A DNA stretch of 64,000 nt, from IMG/VR virus record IMGVR_UViG_3300020388_000009; one strand, 5' to 3'. The DNA comes from a virus (lineage: Duplodnaviria > Caudoviricetes). Both the position numbers and the translations under genes were made by a program. Positions 40,767-51,400 of the stretch are shown here, piece after piece. Within the stretch, counting starts at the first letter, position 1. Each line of letters starts with the position of its first letter. Under the pieces are notes generated by a model. That model did not search any database. It was not told the DNA's origin and saw nothing but the letters and a program-made list of their open reading frames with translations.

Positions 40767-42650
40767 TCAATCTCCTACTATACGTGATACAGTTTTTAGT
40801 TGTGTTTTCCAATCATTGCCAGATATGGTATGTGTATATTCAGTTACAGTGAACACTATTCTCATTCCGCTATTTTTTGTGTATCTGGCTGGTAAATAAT
40901 CTGATGTTATAGTATCTCCAAAATTAAATCCTTCAATACCATCAATAGTAAGTTCCAATGTTAATGGATATGGAATTGGTGCTAATAATTTATTTTCTTT
41001 AGCAAATTCTTCCGGAGTTAATGTATTTACCATCGATTTTATTAATCCTTTTGCAGCAGTAATAGAATCTTGTGCATATGATTTTTTATGAATATCTTTT
41101 TGGCCTGGATCTAATTTAGTAATTAATTCTGCTTTTTGATTTTCGTATTTAACTTCCGCTTCTATTAAAGCTACTTTATTTTCTGCTATAATATCAGCTG
41201 CTGTTTTATTTTTATTAAGTGATGGCGCGCCACCAAATGCTTCTGCCTGTACATCGCTTGGTACTGCACTACTCAATGACATTTCACGTATACCATTTTT
41301 ACCTATTGTTGGTCGTAATATTAATGCCTTTACCGGATCTTTCCCTGGAGCATTTTTATTTACTATGGAAATTGTCCCAGCTGGCTTTGATTCATCTACT
41401 TCCAAAGTAAAATCCCAATCTCCACCGCTATTATCACGTATAGATGCAAATATTTTTCTAAAAAATTCAGAAAGATTTAATTTTGATTTTGCCTTTTCTG
41501 TTTCTTCTGTGGAATCATCTTCCTTTAACGCCTTTTCATCAAATTCACGTTGAATGTCACGTAATAAATCACGCGATACTAATATTCCTTCAGCTCCTGA
41601 TCGATTGTATGAAGATTGGTTATCTATACGGAAATTATCATATATATCGCCATCTTCTTCTGCAAATGCATCGCAATTTATTCCATCATCTGTTTCTGAA
41701 TAATTGTTTTCTGGCGATCCTTTTTTATATGGAAATAATAATAAAAATGGAGATGGGCTCCATATCTTTCCTAATGTCTTACAGTCATATTTTATATCAG
41801 AATAATTTTTATCAAATTCTATCTGATAATTATTTTCATTATCAGTAAGTATGTATCTATTAACCATCGATACTATCCCACCTAAAGTTACATATATTAT
41901 ACGAGGGCCACCAGTAAACCAACCATTCGGTAATTTTGTAGGCGGATCATAATCATCTGGGGCTTCTAAAACTCCAAAATATCCATCAATACCATCTCCT
42001 ATTTCCCCACATGTACCGTTATCTGGATCAAAATCTGAATCTTCAATTTCGCCAGTTTCTAATTGTACTCGATAGTCAATATAATCAAATATATTTTTTA
42101 CTTCTGATGTTTCGTTTCCTAAATCATAATCAGTTACAAATGTTTCAGCTGGAAATGACTGTTGACCGTTTATATCTAATTTATCAAAAAATGCACCGGA
42201 TTGCCCTTTTGCGACAGCTTTAAGAGAACATTCAAAATAATTTTGTTTTGTAATTTTAAATGAATAATCATATACTCGAAATTCATATTCACCAAAATCG
42301 GATGGTTTTTCAGGTCCTACATAACCATATTTAATTGTAATTTCAGATCCAGGTGTTAACAATGCTTCTTCTGCCTTTTCAAATGATGTGCGATCAAAAC
42401 ATACAAATGATAATTCAGCTTTACGTAATGATGCAGCTTCGCCTAGCAAAGAAATTTTCACATCTTTTAAAATTGGTGCTGCTCTTCCTGTACCATTTGG
42501 ATTATACGTTGATTTCCAACTAGTACCATCTATAGGTAATTTAAAATCTCCGCTAGAAACTGTTACAAATGCATTATTACGAATACGTGAATTTGTTTCT
42601 ATTTGTGATTGTTTAATTTTAGATTGTCTATAAAAGAAGTTACCTGCCAT
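40767..42650 (-). CDS. Probable baseplate hub protein
   Basis: Follows TMP, tube initiator and LysM genes; ITIKYGY, C-terminal LELTIDGIEG..GD..VTEYTHTISGNDWKTQL. Confidence 0.6.
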   Translation of the reverse strand: MAGNFFYRQSKIKQSQIETNSRIRNNAFVTVSSGDFKLPIDGTSWKSTYNPNGTGRAAPILKDVKISLLGEAASLRKAELSFVCFDRTSFEKAEEALLTPGSEITIKYGYVGPEKPSDFGEYEFRVYDYSFKITKQNYFECSLKAVAKGQSGAFFDKLDINGQQSFPAETFVTDYDLGNETSEVKNIFDYIDYRVQLETGEIEDSDFDPDNGTCGEIGDGIDGYFGVLEAPDDYDPPTKLPNGWFTGGPRIIYVTLGGIVSMVNRYILTDNENNYQIEFDKNYSDIKYDCKTLGKIWSPSPFLLLFPYKKGSPENNYSETDDGINCDAFAEEDGDIYDNFRIDNQSSYNRSGAEGILVSRDLLRDIQREFDEKALKEDDSTEETEKAKSKLNLSEFFRKIFASIRDNSGGDWDFTLEVDESKPAGTISIVNKNAPGKDPVKALILRPTIGKNGIREMSLSSAVPSDVQAEAFGGAPSLNKNKTAADIIAENKVALIEAEVKYENQKAELITKLDPGQKDIHKKSYAQDSITAAKGLIKSMVNTLTPEEFAKENKLLAPIPYPLTLELTIDGIEGFNFGDTITSDYLPARYTKNSGMRIVFTVTEYTHTISGNDWKTQLKTVSRIVGD

Positions 42651-42943
42651 TACTTAGCCTCTTCTACATCACGAAGATTTTCAAGTAGATTTGTAATTGG
42701 AAATGGAATACGAATTTGTTTACCGGGAGGTATTAACATGGAACCATTATTTAATTTATTTGCATCTGCTAAAACCCACCAATATCGTGGATCTTTGTAA
42801 AATTCATTTGCCAATAAATCTAAGCGATCTGTTTCGCGTGAAATTATATATAAATCTGATTGTTGTTTTGGAAATGATGGATATCTAGTCGTTTGATATC
42901 TATCTTGATTTTTTTTAGTAAATTGATATCGGTCAATAGCCAT
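42650..42943 (-). CDS. LysM-like baseplate protein (gp53/tail X-like)
   Basis: DRLDLLANEFYKDPRYWWVLADAN...PGKQIRIP. Confidence 0.8.
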   Translation of the reverse strand: MAIDRYQFTKKNQDRYQTTRYPSFPKQQSDLYIISRETDRLDLLANEFYKDPRYWWVLADANKLNNGSMLIPPGKQIRIPFPITNLLENLRDVEEAK

Positions 42944-44865
42944 TATTCTAATCCTGTTATATCATATAATTTATTATCATTTTGAGGTCGTTTTTTTCCT
43001 AATACAATACAAGACATAATTACATTAGTATATAATGGTGATTGATAATCTGGGTCTATTTCCCATGGTGTTTCGTTATCCCAATCAAAACCTAAATCTG
43101 TAATTATCATTGGTGTTGCGTTAAATAATTTTCCTATTGTTACATCAACTTTTTGTCCGTAAAATCCTTCTGATCCATATACTGGATGTGTCATTCGACC
43201 TAAATTTTGTAGCTTATTCCATATGGCTTTAAAGCCATCCGGGGAAGCAGTATCGCCAGATTTACCTTGTTCCGCTACCACTTTAAAATCTAATGATATT
43301 GACCGTTCAAATGCAGAATATTGATATCGAGAATCTGCTCGTCCTTGATCCGCAGTGCCTTCCCAGCTAGGAGCAAATTGATCAGACAATGTTCCTAGAT
43401 ATGCTTTTAATATTACTTCATGATCATCACTTTTAAATTTAAAATCTATTAACGATTTTTCTGGATCTTTATCAATTTTATTTAACAATTCTAAATTAGT
43501 ACCAAAATTACTTTTGCCTTCATATGATTCACTTTTACCATCCTTTGTTCTAATTATTGCGGTAGTTCCGATTGGCCTGACAGGAATATCATTGTATGGA
43601 AGTAATGTATAATCTAAACCCTTTTCTTTTTCTGTGTTTTTAGCAATACCACCACCCTTAGGTCCTTTGAAAGGACGTGTAACTTCAGTTTCTCCAAATT
43701 CACTTTTGATTTCATTAGACGACTCAGTTGCATCTTGTTTAGTTATGAATGGTTTTTCATATGAATACCGATGATATACATAATCTGCTGGAAGATTTGG
43801 AAATAAACGATTTAATATGGCATTAATTTCAGTTAAGGTACCAGCTCGTGTTCCAATCAATTGTGTTGCAAGACTAGTGTCTTCATATCTTCTTATAATA
43901 GTTCCACCAATACCTAAAACCGATCCAGGACCTCCTATTTTGGAACTTAATTGAGAAATTTGTGAACCAATTGATATTGAATTATTTGAACTATTCCCGT
44001 CAAAGTTTTTAAATAAATTTTTTCTTAATGATGCATGTAGATCTGTCTTTGTTAATTCACTGACTAAACCACCTATAAGAGCATTTGATGCTCCAGCGTG
44101 TCTATTAATATGTACTATTGGCGCTAATGAACCTAATGATAATGGATTATATATTCTTGTTTCTGCTTTTGGATTCATTAATTGATATCCGACTTGTTTA
44201 GCTAGGAATCCTATACCTTTTGGTGATGCTAAAAATTTACCTATCCTAGCTGTATCTATCAATGTTCTGTTTGTGGCGGTTAATATGCCGCCTCGAGGTA
44301 TATCAAATGCTCCACTTAATCCAGGGCCTACATTTATTCCCCAATGCTGTGGATCAGATGATCCATCTCTTTGAATACCTCTTAAAATTAAAGGATGTTT
44401 TATATACGAATTTGGAGTAGCATCATCTCGTAGATTAAATTTATTGTACATATCATCAATTGGAGAATTGGTGGTATATGTATTTGCTAATCCTGCTTTT
44501 TTAAATTTAACTCCGTATTGATCACCGTATTTAGATTCTGGAGTAAATCCTATTCTTACTTTATCAAATTCATGAATCTGTCCTTCTGGACCTATAGGAA
44601 ATTTTGATCCGGCTCCTAATTGAGTATTTCTACTTGCAAAACCTCGACCCGAATATGTAACATCATCTATTAAAAACGAGTCCGCGGCTTGTAATTGACG
44701 ACGACTAAATAATTTACTTTCATTATCATACACTAACACATTGGATGTGCTTAATCCATCCGACGAAAAGTTTGTATCAGTTTTATCACGATTCGGTTTG
44801 TAATTCATGGCTTGACCTTTTTTGCCATAAAATGATAAATCAGATTTTAGATCCATTAATGCCAT
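42943..44865 (-). CDS. Baseplate / tail-tube initiator-like protein
   Basis: C-terminal KAYLGTLSDQFAPSW...GRAD...YSAFERSISLDF...TPWEID; directly after the TMP. Confidence 0.6.
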   Translation of the reverse strand: MALMDLKSDLSFYGKKGQAMNYKPNRDKTDTNFSSDGLSTSNVLVYDNESKLFSRRQLQAADSFLIDDVTYSGRGFASRNTQLGAGSKFPIGPEGQIHEFDKVRIGFTPESKYGDQYGVKFKKAGLANTYTTNSPIDDMYNKFNLRDDATPNSYIKHPLILRGIQRDGSSDPQHWGINVGPGLSGAFDIPRGGILTATNRTLIDTARIGKFLASPKGIGFLAKQVGYQLMNPKAETRIYNPLSLGSLAPIVHINRHAGASNALIGGLVSELTKTDLHASLRKNLFKNFDGNSSNNSISIGSQISQLSSKIGGPGSVLGIGGTIIRRYEDTSLATQLIGTRAGTLTEINAILNRLFPNLPADYVYHRYSYEKPFITKQDATESSNEIKSEFGETEVTRPFKGPKGGGIAKNTEKEKGLDYTLLPYNDIPVRPIGTTAIIRTKDGKSESYEGKSNFGTNLELLNKIDKDPEKSLIDFKFKSDDHEVILKAYLGTLSDQFAPSWEGTADQGRADSRYQYSAFERSISLDFKVVAEQGKSGDTASPDGFKAIWNKLQNLGRMTHPVYGSEGFYGQKVDVTIGKLFNATPMIITDLGFDWDNETPWEIDPDYQSPLYTNVIMSCIVLGKKRPQNDNKLYDITGLE

Positions 44866-47222
44866 TATCGTCTCCTATATGAATCTGTTGTTCGTATTGC
44901 TTGGGCTACAACTCTTCCGTCCATTTCCACTACAGTACCGACTGATATCAATTCACGTAACAAAGCATTTGTTGTTTCCAATGCTTTAACTACGCCATCA
45001 CCTCCGCCACCGCCATTGGCTCCATGTGAAGGGCTCATTGAAACGCCATCATTTTTTGTGCCTTGGAATATTCCACCTTCGCGAGGTGATGCTACAACCG
45101 GACCGCCGTTTGGATCAATACTTAGGTCACCTGTTTGTTGTGCTTTTTTGTACATTCCAAATGCTCCTCCAATTGTTGCAATTGCTATTGGTATTCCAAT
45201 TCCAAATGGTATTTGAGCAAATGTTGAAAATATAGAACCAACTGCTTTGGCCATTGATGCAGCTGCTCCGGCTAGGGCTTTTCCTATACCTGTAGTCATT
45301 AATGCATTACCTACACCTAAAGCTACATTTTTTGCCAATGTAATTGCTAGTCCGGCATTTTCTGCTACATTCATTGCTGTTTGCCTTAAAAAGGCCAGGC
45401 CTCTTGTTACCAAAGATTTCTTTTCTTCTACGCCTTGAGCTTGTTTAGTTCCTAACCCTATAAAATCTAAAGCATTTTGAGCTATTTGTTGTGCTTTATT
45501 TTTTGCTCCTATTATGAATCGCAGCTTTTGTTGTTTAGTACCCATTACTTGCGTTAAATAATTATTTAGTAATAAAGCACCAATAGTACCAATTATACCT
45601 TGTACGACAAGACTAGCTTTTTTGAACTGTTCTATAGCCGCAACCGCTAATGTAATTGGTAAAAATGCAAGTTTTAATGTAAATCCAAGTGCTTTAAATA
45701 TAGGTGATAATGCAGAAAATACTTTTACAAGTGCTTCACCTGCAGGAACTAATGCTTTTGTTAAATCATCTTTTATCGCGGAAAATGAAGCACTTAATTT
45801 ATCCGTTGCCTGTTGTTGAGCCAATCTATCTTTTAACTCTTCCGAGCTCATACTTTTTATTTCTGCTGCAGATAATCCCATGTTTGCCATAGCAGCTTGT
45901 TGGTCTGCAGTTAAGTCTCCTAACTTGCTTTGAATTGTTAATGATTTTTGTAGTTCATCAACACTCATACCAGTTGCTTCCGCTAATTTTTTACGAGCTA
46001 AATAACTCATGTTATCAAATTCTGCAATACTACCAACTTCGCTTAACACGGCTGCTGTTGCTTCTCCAATTTTTCCTTGCAATGCCAATTGCCTAGCAGA
46101 ATCAAGATTCATTTGTTTACCAGTTAATGCCTGTAATTCAAATTGAGCAGATATTGAGTCTTCAAATTTTAATAATCCTTCTGCTACAGATGCCATTGTT
46201 TTTAAACTAACACCTAACTTGGCAGCCTGTACCGCAGCTTTTTGTAACGCTTTAACATTACCTCCAAAGAATTTGGCAACGTCTTTTGCATTCGCTGCTA
46301 TATCCGCGGTAACTGTACCTACTGATACTCCAGCTTTTAAAGCATCGGCTGATACATCTTGTAATGCATTTGCTGCTTCGGTTCCGCCTAGGCCCATTCG
46401 CATAAATTCATTGGTAACGCCTGAAGCTGCTTTAGCACCTATTCCAAAGGCTTTACCTATTTCTGCTACATTACCGGCTTGTTTTGCCGTTAACATGTTG
46501 GCTATACCAAATTCTTTAACAGTTGCTTTTTGAACATCTAAAATATCTCCGGAAGTTGCTAATTGTGATCCAAATGACTTTGCCACTGCCTTTGCTTCAT
46601 TTACCATTGCCTTAGATTGCTGCAATGTAAGGCCGGTTGCTTCGGCTACGCCTTTTGCTTTCTTTTCAAAGTCTACAAATACCATGGCTAAGCCGGCTGC
46701 GATTGCAGCAATAATAGTAAACGGATTGATAAGTCCTATTATAGATGAGTTAAATGCAGACATAGCTTGTCCAAGAGTGCCCTTCTTTGCTATTACTGCT
46801 CCAGCTTTATTTAAACTTGTAGTAAATGCCTTGCCTAATTTATCTATTCCAAATGCCTTTATTAGCGCTGCGCCGCCAGGTAATTTTTTTACAAAATTTT
46901 GTACATTTGTAACTAAATCTTGAGCTTGATCATTTATTGCACCCATTTGTTTAGAAATGGCATTATTTAATTTTTCTTGATCTTTTAGTTTTTTAAGTAC
47001 AGTTTCGTACAATTTTGCTTCAGCTGCTAATTCTGTGTTTCCAGCTTTTTTAGCAGCATTACTTAATTCAATTGTTTTTGTTAAATCTTGTTGAATTTTA
47101 AGATGTTGAGAATTCATGCCAATTAATTTATCGGCATTGGCAATAGTTTGTTTATTATACTGTTCTACTTTATCGCCTAGGCTTGCCCACTGATCTTCTA
47201 ATTCTTTTGGATCTTTTGCCAT
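44865..47222 (-). CDS. Tail tape-measure protein
   Basis: 785-aa Ala/Lys/Gly-rich helical protein with hydrophobic stretches, downstream of tube and chaperone. Confidence 0.85.
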   Translation of the reverse strand: MAKDPKELEDQWASLGDKVEQYNKQTIANADKLIGMNSQHLKIQQDLTKTIELSNAAKKAGNTELAAEAKLYETVLKKLKDQEKLNNAISKQMGAINDQAQDLVTNVQNFVKKLPGGAALIKAFGIDKLGKAFTTSLNKAGAVIAKKGTLGQAMSAFNSSIIGLINPFTIIAAIAAGLAMVFVDFEKKAKGVAEATGLTLQQSKAMVNEAKAVAKSFGSQLATSGDILDVQKATVKEFGIANMLTAKQAGNVAEIGKAFGIGAKAASGVTNEFMRMGLGGTEAANALQDVSADALKAGVSVGTVTADIAANAKDVAKFFGGNVKALQKAAVQAAKLGVSLKTMASVAEGLLKFEDSISAQFELQALTGKQMNLDSARQLALQGKIGEATAAVLSEVGSIAEFDNMSYLARKKLAEATGMSVDELQKSLTIQSKLGDLTADQQAAMANMGLSAAEIKSMSSEELKDRLAQQQATDKLSASFSAIKDDLTKALVPAGEALVKVFSALSPIFKALGFTLKLAFLPITLAVAAIEQFKKASLVVQGIIGTIGALLLNNYLTQVMGTKQQKLRFIIGAKNKAQQIAQNALDFIGLGTKQAQGVEEKKSLVTRGLAFLRQTAMNVAENAGLAITLAKNVALGVGNALMTTGIGKALAGAAASMAKAVGSIFSTFAQIPFGIGIPIAIATIGGAFGMYKKAQQTGDLSIDPNGGPVVASPREGGIFQGTKNDGVSMSPSHGANGGGGGDGVVKALETTNALLRELISVGTVVEMDGRVVAQAIRTTDSYRRR

Positions 47223-47234
47223 TACATTACTTTA

Positions 47235-47501
47235 TTATTTTTCCCATGGAAATTTTGCATACTTTGCAGCTGATGGTTTTTTACCATATTTTTTTTCAAA
47301 ATCTTTAATCTGCTTTTTAAGCTCTTTGCCATGGTATTCTATGCCCTGAACTGCAGACTGTACTTCTGGGTCATCTTTCATTATCTTAAGTGCTTTTTTA
47401 ACTTTTGATTTAAAAAAGAATTTAAGTAAAGTAAGACCTAATCCTTCATTAAGTTCATTGATTTGATTTAACGCACGTTTTTCAAATTTATTTGTAGACA
47501 T
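47235..47501 (-). CDS. Basic hypothetical protein (88 aa)
   Basis: Own late motif (47520-47527) and AAGGA SD; INELNE leader. Confidence 0.7.
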   Translation of the reverse strand: MSTNKFEKRALNQINELNEGLGLTLLKFFFKSKVKKALKIMKDDPEVQSAVQGIEYHGKELKKQIKDFEKKYGKKPSAAKYAKFPWEK

Positions 47502-47526
47502 ATTATGATATCCTTTTTAATAAATA

Positions 47527-47760
47527 TCAACGTCTTTTCGTTTTAGGGGCTTTAGCGTGAGATTTGGAACGCATATTTTTCATGGCTTTATCATGTTCTT
47601 TGTTCTGATCATCAAATAATTTATTTAATTTACGTATATAATAGGATCTCATATATACAGGCATATTATATACTTCAGTATATGAAAATGCACCTTTACT
47701 GTGATACGTTAAATCGAATATCTGATCTGCTTTATGTAATTTATAGCTCGGCGTCAGGCC
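47527..47760 (-). CDS. C-terminal extension of the tail assembly chaperone, probably made by frameshift
   Basis: 77 codons (GLTPSYK...IFDLTYH...EVYNMPVYMRSYYIRKL) open in the +1 frame after a T7 run; no good start of its own. Confidence 0.65.
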   Translation of the reverse strand, partial: GLTPSYKLHKADQIFDLTYHSKGAFSYTEVYNMPVYMRSYYIRKLNKLFDDQNKEHDKAMKNMRSKSHAKAPKTKRR

Positions 47761-48601
47761 AAAAAAAGTCCAATCCGATGGCAACCGGACTGCGAAAGGT
47801 ATCACCGGACTCTCCATCCGGTACTTGAACAGATAAATCTATTTCTGGAGTAATTGTTTTAAGATGTATTCTAATAGCTCTGGAATCTATAGCTAATAAT
47901 TCATTATCAATAAATTTACGTACTTTATTGTTATCTGTTTCTCCATCAACTGATATAATAACATGTTTCAATGTGGTAGTTAATGTGGCATTGCGTTTTA
48001 ATTTAGCTAAACCTTTTAATTCAGCATCTATTTTTCGTTGTTGACCTTGAGTTAATAAACGTAATGCCACTACTCGTTTACTGGCAGGTAATTCTAAAGG
48101 AAATTCATTTTTTCCGGATGTATGGGCAGACCAATCAATTTCTGCTTCTTGTAATTTTGTTAAGTCAACATTTACCTTTTGATCCTCACCTGTATTTGGA
48201 TTTGTAGCAGTTATTTCATAATCTTTACCATAACCTAATACTCTAGCTGCAATCATGATTGCATTTTTATCACATAACAATAAATCGTTATAATCAACCG
48301 GAGTTACAATCAATGCTTTAAATAATTTGTCTAATACAACTCCTTGTTTAATAAATGATTGATTAGTAAGAATATCTTCTTCCTTTGCTGTCATATATTT
48401 CATTTCAATCTTTCCAGAACTTAAAGGATGTCCTTCAGGGTATAATCTACCTTTTGAAGGTAATTCTACTATTTCAGTTGGAAAATCGTATACTGTGGTA
48501 TCATCAGTGGCTTTGGATTCATATTTTGCAGTTGCAATATCTTTTAATTGTTTATCCGATAACGGCTTTGTTGGATAATCATCGTTAACTTGTTGTGACA
48601 T
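47741..48601 (-). CDS. Tail / baseplate-hub assembly chaperone (T4 gp26-like)
   Basis: PTEIVELPSKG, MTAKEEDIL, ARVLGYG, ends DFFWPDAEL; between tube and TMP. Confidence 0.75.
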   Translation of the reverse strand: MSQQVNDDYPTKPLSDKQLKDIATAKYESKATDDTTVYDFPTEIVELPSKGRLYPEGHPLSSGKIEMKYMTAKEEDILTNQSFIKQGVVLDKLFKALIVTPVDYNDLLLCDKNAIMIAARVLGYGKDYEITATNPNTGEDQKVNVDLTKLQEAEIDWSAHTSGKNEFPLELPASKRVVALRLLTQGQQRKIDAELKGLAKLKRNATLTTTLKHVIISVDGETDNNKVRKFIDNELLAIDSRAIRIHLKTITPEIDLSVQVPDGESGDTFRSPVAIGLDFFWPDAEL

Positions 48602-48629
48602 AATGTTCCTTTAATAACTTTTATTTAAT

Positions 48630-48637
48630 ATAAATAT
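48630..48637 (-). promoter_or_regulatory. Late-type motif ATATTTAT just downstream of the tube terminator
   Basis: Positioned to restart transcription for the chaperone gene. Confidence 0.65.
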
Positions 48638-48642
48638 GGGTA

Positions 48643-48679
48643 TAGTAAAAAAGTCCTAATTTCTTAGGACTCTTTACTA
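48643..48679 (-). terminator. Intrinsic terminator after the tail tube gene
   Basis: Minus strand AGTCCTAA-GAAA-TTAGGACT-TTTTT, with an outer TAGTAAA/TTTACTA extension. Confidence 0.85.
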
Positions 48680-48692
48680 AATATAAAATTAA

Positions 48693-49181
48693 TTAGAATT
48701 GTAATATTGCATAATCATATTTCAATGTTAATTCAATTTGAACAGGATCTTCTGTTGCCCAATCCATATCGCCAAATGTTGCTGCTGATATAAATGCTCC
48801 TTTCAAAGTCCATTCTTCAACTTTGTCCCCAACCGGACCTAAAGTATTAAAAGTAATATCCTTTTTATAGAAATCTGAATATCCATCTCTACCTGTCACA
48901 GACTCATGATGTAAACGTACCCATTCCATTACTGCTTGCGCTCCGGATGGAACAACTGGATCATATAATGTTACGGTAACATCTTGCCATCTTGTCTTAC
49001 CTTTCAATTTACGTTCAACATTAATATGATCAAGAATAACTTCTCCTTGGTCTAATGATGGACGTGATGCGGCTTTAACTAGGTATGAAGGGATACCTTC
49101 AATATACATAATGAACCGGTTTGCCATTTTTGGTTCATATGCTGTATAAAATATTTCAGTTGGGTCAAGTAATTCTGCCAT
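48693..49181 (-). CDS. Tail tube protein (T4 gp19-like)
   Basis: EPKMANRF, WQDVTVTLYD, WTLKGAF, LTLKYDYA; follows the sheath gene. Confidence 0.9.
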   Translation of the reverse strand: MAELLDPTEIFYTAYEPKMANRFIMYIEGIPSYLVKAASRPSLDQGEVILDHINVERKLKGKTRWQDVTVTLYDPVVPSGAQAVMEWVRLHHESVTGRDGYSDFYKKDITFNTLGPVGDKVEEWTLKGAFISAATFGDMDWATEDPVQIELTLKYDYAILQF

Positions 49182-49200
49182 CTTTGTTTTCCTCTTTTAT

Positions 49201-49208
49201 ATAAATAT
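49201..49208 (-). promoter_or_regulatory. Late-type motif ATATTTAT before the tube gene
   Basis: 19 nt from the ATG; GAGGA SD. Confidence 0.65.
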
Positions 49209-49224
49209 CATGCTTTATTAATTT

Positions 49225-51369
49225 CTATTCCGGAAATGATGCTCCAGTCGGCATAATATTAAAGTCAACTACAATAAATTCAGCCGTTTTAGCAGGTTGA
49301 AGGAATATTTGTCCTCGCATTTCATTTCTATCAATTACATCCGGAGTATTATTTGTTTCATCCATTACCACTTTAAACGCATACAACCCTTGTCTTTGCT
49401 GTATATTTTCAAAATATGGATTCACAATACTTAAGAATCTGTTTCTAGTCGCTGCCGTATTATTTTCAAATATCAAGAATTTAGTTGTACTAGCAATAAA
49501 TTTCTTAGATGCTATTAATAATCTTCGCACATTTACTCTATCCAATGCAGATGCTTTTTTCTGTAATGTTTTTTGTCCAAATACGGTAACACCTGCATTA
49601 GGGAACGTTGCAATTGGATTCACATTACTTTCATATAATGTATCTCTATTAGCATGAGTTAATTTTCTTTCTGTCTGAACTGCAATATCAATTCCACCTC
49701 TATTTAAACCAGCTGGTGCAAACCATGGAGCGGCTACTCGATCATTAAATGCATATACACCTGGTATCACTGTAGATGCAGGAACCCAAACATTTTTTCC
49801 TAATTCATTATCAGGTATTTTAACCCATGGCCAATACTCAGCTACATAATTTGAATCTCTTGATTCTGCTTTAGCAGTTGCTTGCGATATTGATTGTCCA
49901 TATTCAACTGGATCGATTACCAAGAAACAATCACCCCGATCCTCTACCATACTCACTGCTTCTGTTAACACTGTAGCATGGTTTGGATGATTATCGACTA
50001 GACCAGGCAATGACAATAAATTGATATCATATTCATCTTGATTTTTTAATAAACGAATTGCATCAATATATGCATTTTTACCATTAGCTGCTACACCTAA
50101 ATTATATCCCTGTACATTGGCATCAGTTACATTTTCATAAAATTGCTGTGGATGCTGTAAATTACCATCCGATGCTCCGGAGAATGAACCGGAACTAACT
50201 ACAGGTAAACTATCTTCAGATCCGGCAACTCTTTTGTTTCCATTTGCATCTAAATAATTTAAAGTATTTTTTGCAACTGCAATTCTAACATATTTAGATC
50301 TATTTGGGAATGACCCAGATAATTGAAGGAATGGATCGACACCACCTGCCCCTCTAACGGTAAATACTTGATCGCCAATAACTTTTGCAGCATAATTTGA
50401 TGAATTAGGATCTAATGTTAAATTATTATATTGCTCAACAATGGATTTTCTATTACTTGTATCATCACCTCTTCGTATAATTAAATTGAAAGTACCTTTG
50501 TTTTCATTTTTAGATGTCACTTCCCATCTAATGTTATTTTCAGATCCGGATGCTAATGAATTATTTGTTCCTTGAGGTCCAACACTATTTTGGTCAGCAC
50601 CTTCAGATAATGTTGTTAATGTAAATACTGGTTCAGCTGTTGATGAATTAGCACCACCTGCCATTGTAAATTTATTCGTTCCGGCTGTAGTTCCAAATAC
50701 CGATGGAGCTGCGGCAGATGCAGTTGCAAATACAATTCCATCTGGTCCTGTTCCTAATGCTGAACCTGAAAGTTGTAATATTGCGCCGGCATTGTCGGCA
50801 TTAATACCTGTCAATGTCCCGTTAGCAACCACTGCATCAATTTCTGTTGCCAAAGCTGCTGCTGTATTTGCAATTGCTGCTCCTTTTGCAAAGAATCTAA
50901 TTGAATCATCTGATGCATCAACATTTGGTGTTGTCTGTGCTACAAATGTTACTTCAGTTGTTCCTTGCGTAATTTTATACGATTCATTACTTGCATGAGT
51001 TACTAATGTTAATGATCCAGTTGAACGAACTGTTCCAGTTTCTACTGCATTGTTAACAGTAGCAGTAGCTGGTGTCATTTCTGCTCCAATACGTACAACT
51101 GTTAAAGTATCAGCATATTTCAAATACTCTTGTGCTGCATAATTAGTTAAATATTTATACGAATTTTCATATGCTCCAGAACCGGATGAAAACTTTCCAC
51201 CAAATATATTAACGAATTCTGAATAACTTGATACCACAGTAGGTATTCCAGTTGGGCCTTTAGATGTCGGTCCTACTACGGCAGCTCCAATTGCTTGGAC
51301 TCCAGCTGGTAGAAACGATTGGTCAATTTCTTTAGTAAAAACGCCAGGCGATACTATTTTTTCAGCCAT
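49225..51369 (-). CDS. Tail sheath protein
   Basis: SPGVFTKEID, PWFAPAGLNRG, GQKTLQ, RVNVRRL, DETNNTPDVIDRN, PAKTAEFI. Confidence 0.96.
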   Translation of the reverse strand: MAEKIVSPGVFTKEIDQSFLPAGVQAIGAAVVGPTSKGPTGIPTVVSSYSEFVNIFGGKFSSGSGAYENSYKYLTNYAAQEYLKYADTLTVVRIGAEMTPATATVNNAVETGTVRSTGSLTLVTHASNESYKITQGTTEVTFVAQTTPNVDASDDSIRFFAKGAAIANTAAALATEIDAVVANGTLTGINADNAGAILQLSGSALGTGPDGIVFATASAAAPSVFGTTAGTNKFTMAGGANSSTAEPVFTLTTLSEGADQNSVGPQGTNNSLASGSENNIRWEVTSKNENKGTFNLIIRRGDDTSNRKSIVEQYNNLTLDPNSSNYAAKVIGDQVFTVRGAGGVDPFLQLSGSFPNRSKYVRIAVAKNTLNYLDANGNKRVAGSEDSLPVVSSGSFSGASDGNLQHPQQFYENVTDANVQGYNLGVAANGKNAYIDAIRLLKNQDEYDINLLSLPGLVDNHPNHATVLTEAVSMVEDRGDCFLVIDPVEYGQSISQATAKAESRDSNYVAEYWPWVKIPDNELGKNVWVPASTVIPGVYAFNDRVAAPWFAPAGLNRGGIDIAVQTERKLTHANRDTLYESNVNPIATFPNAGVTVFGQKTLQKKASALDRVNVRRLLIASKKFIASTTKFLIFENNTAATRNRFLSIVNPYFENIQQRQGLYAFKVVMDETNNTPDVIDRNEMRGQIFLQPAKTAEFIVVDFNIMPTGASFPE

Positions 51370-51400
51370 TTGTATACTCCTCTTTTATAATCAATTTCTT

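Noticed and set aside
47761-47817. Listed start (MESPVIPF...) of the 96-aa ORF 47527..47817
   Set aside because: It lies inside the chaperone gene with no evident SD; a frameshift at the T7 run explains the downstream frame better.
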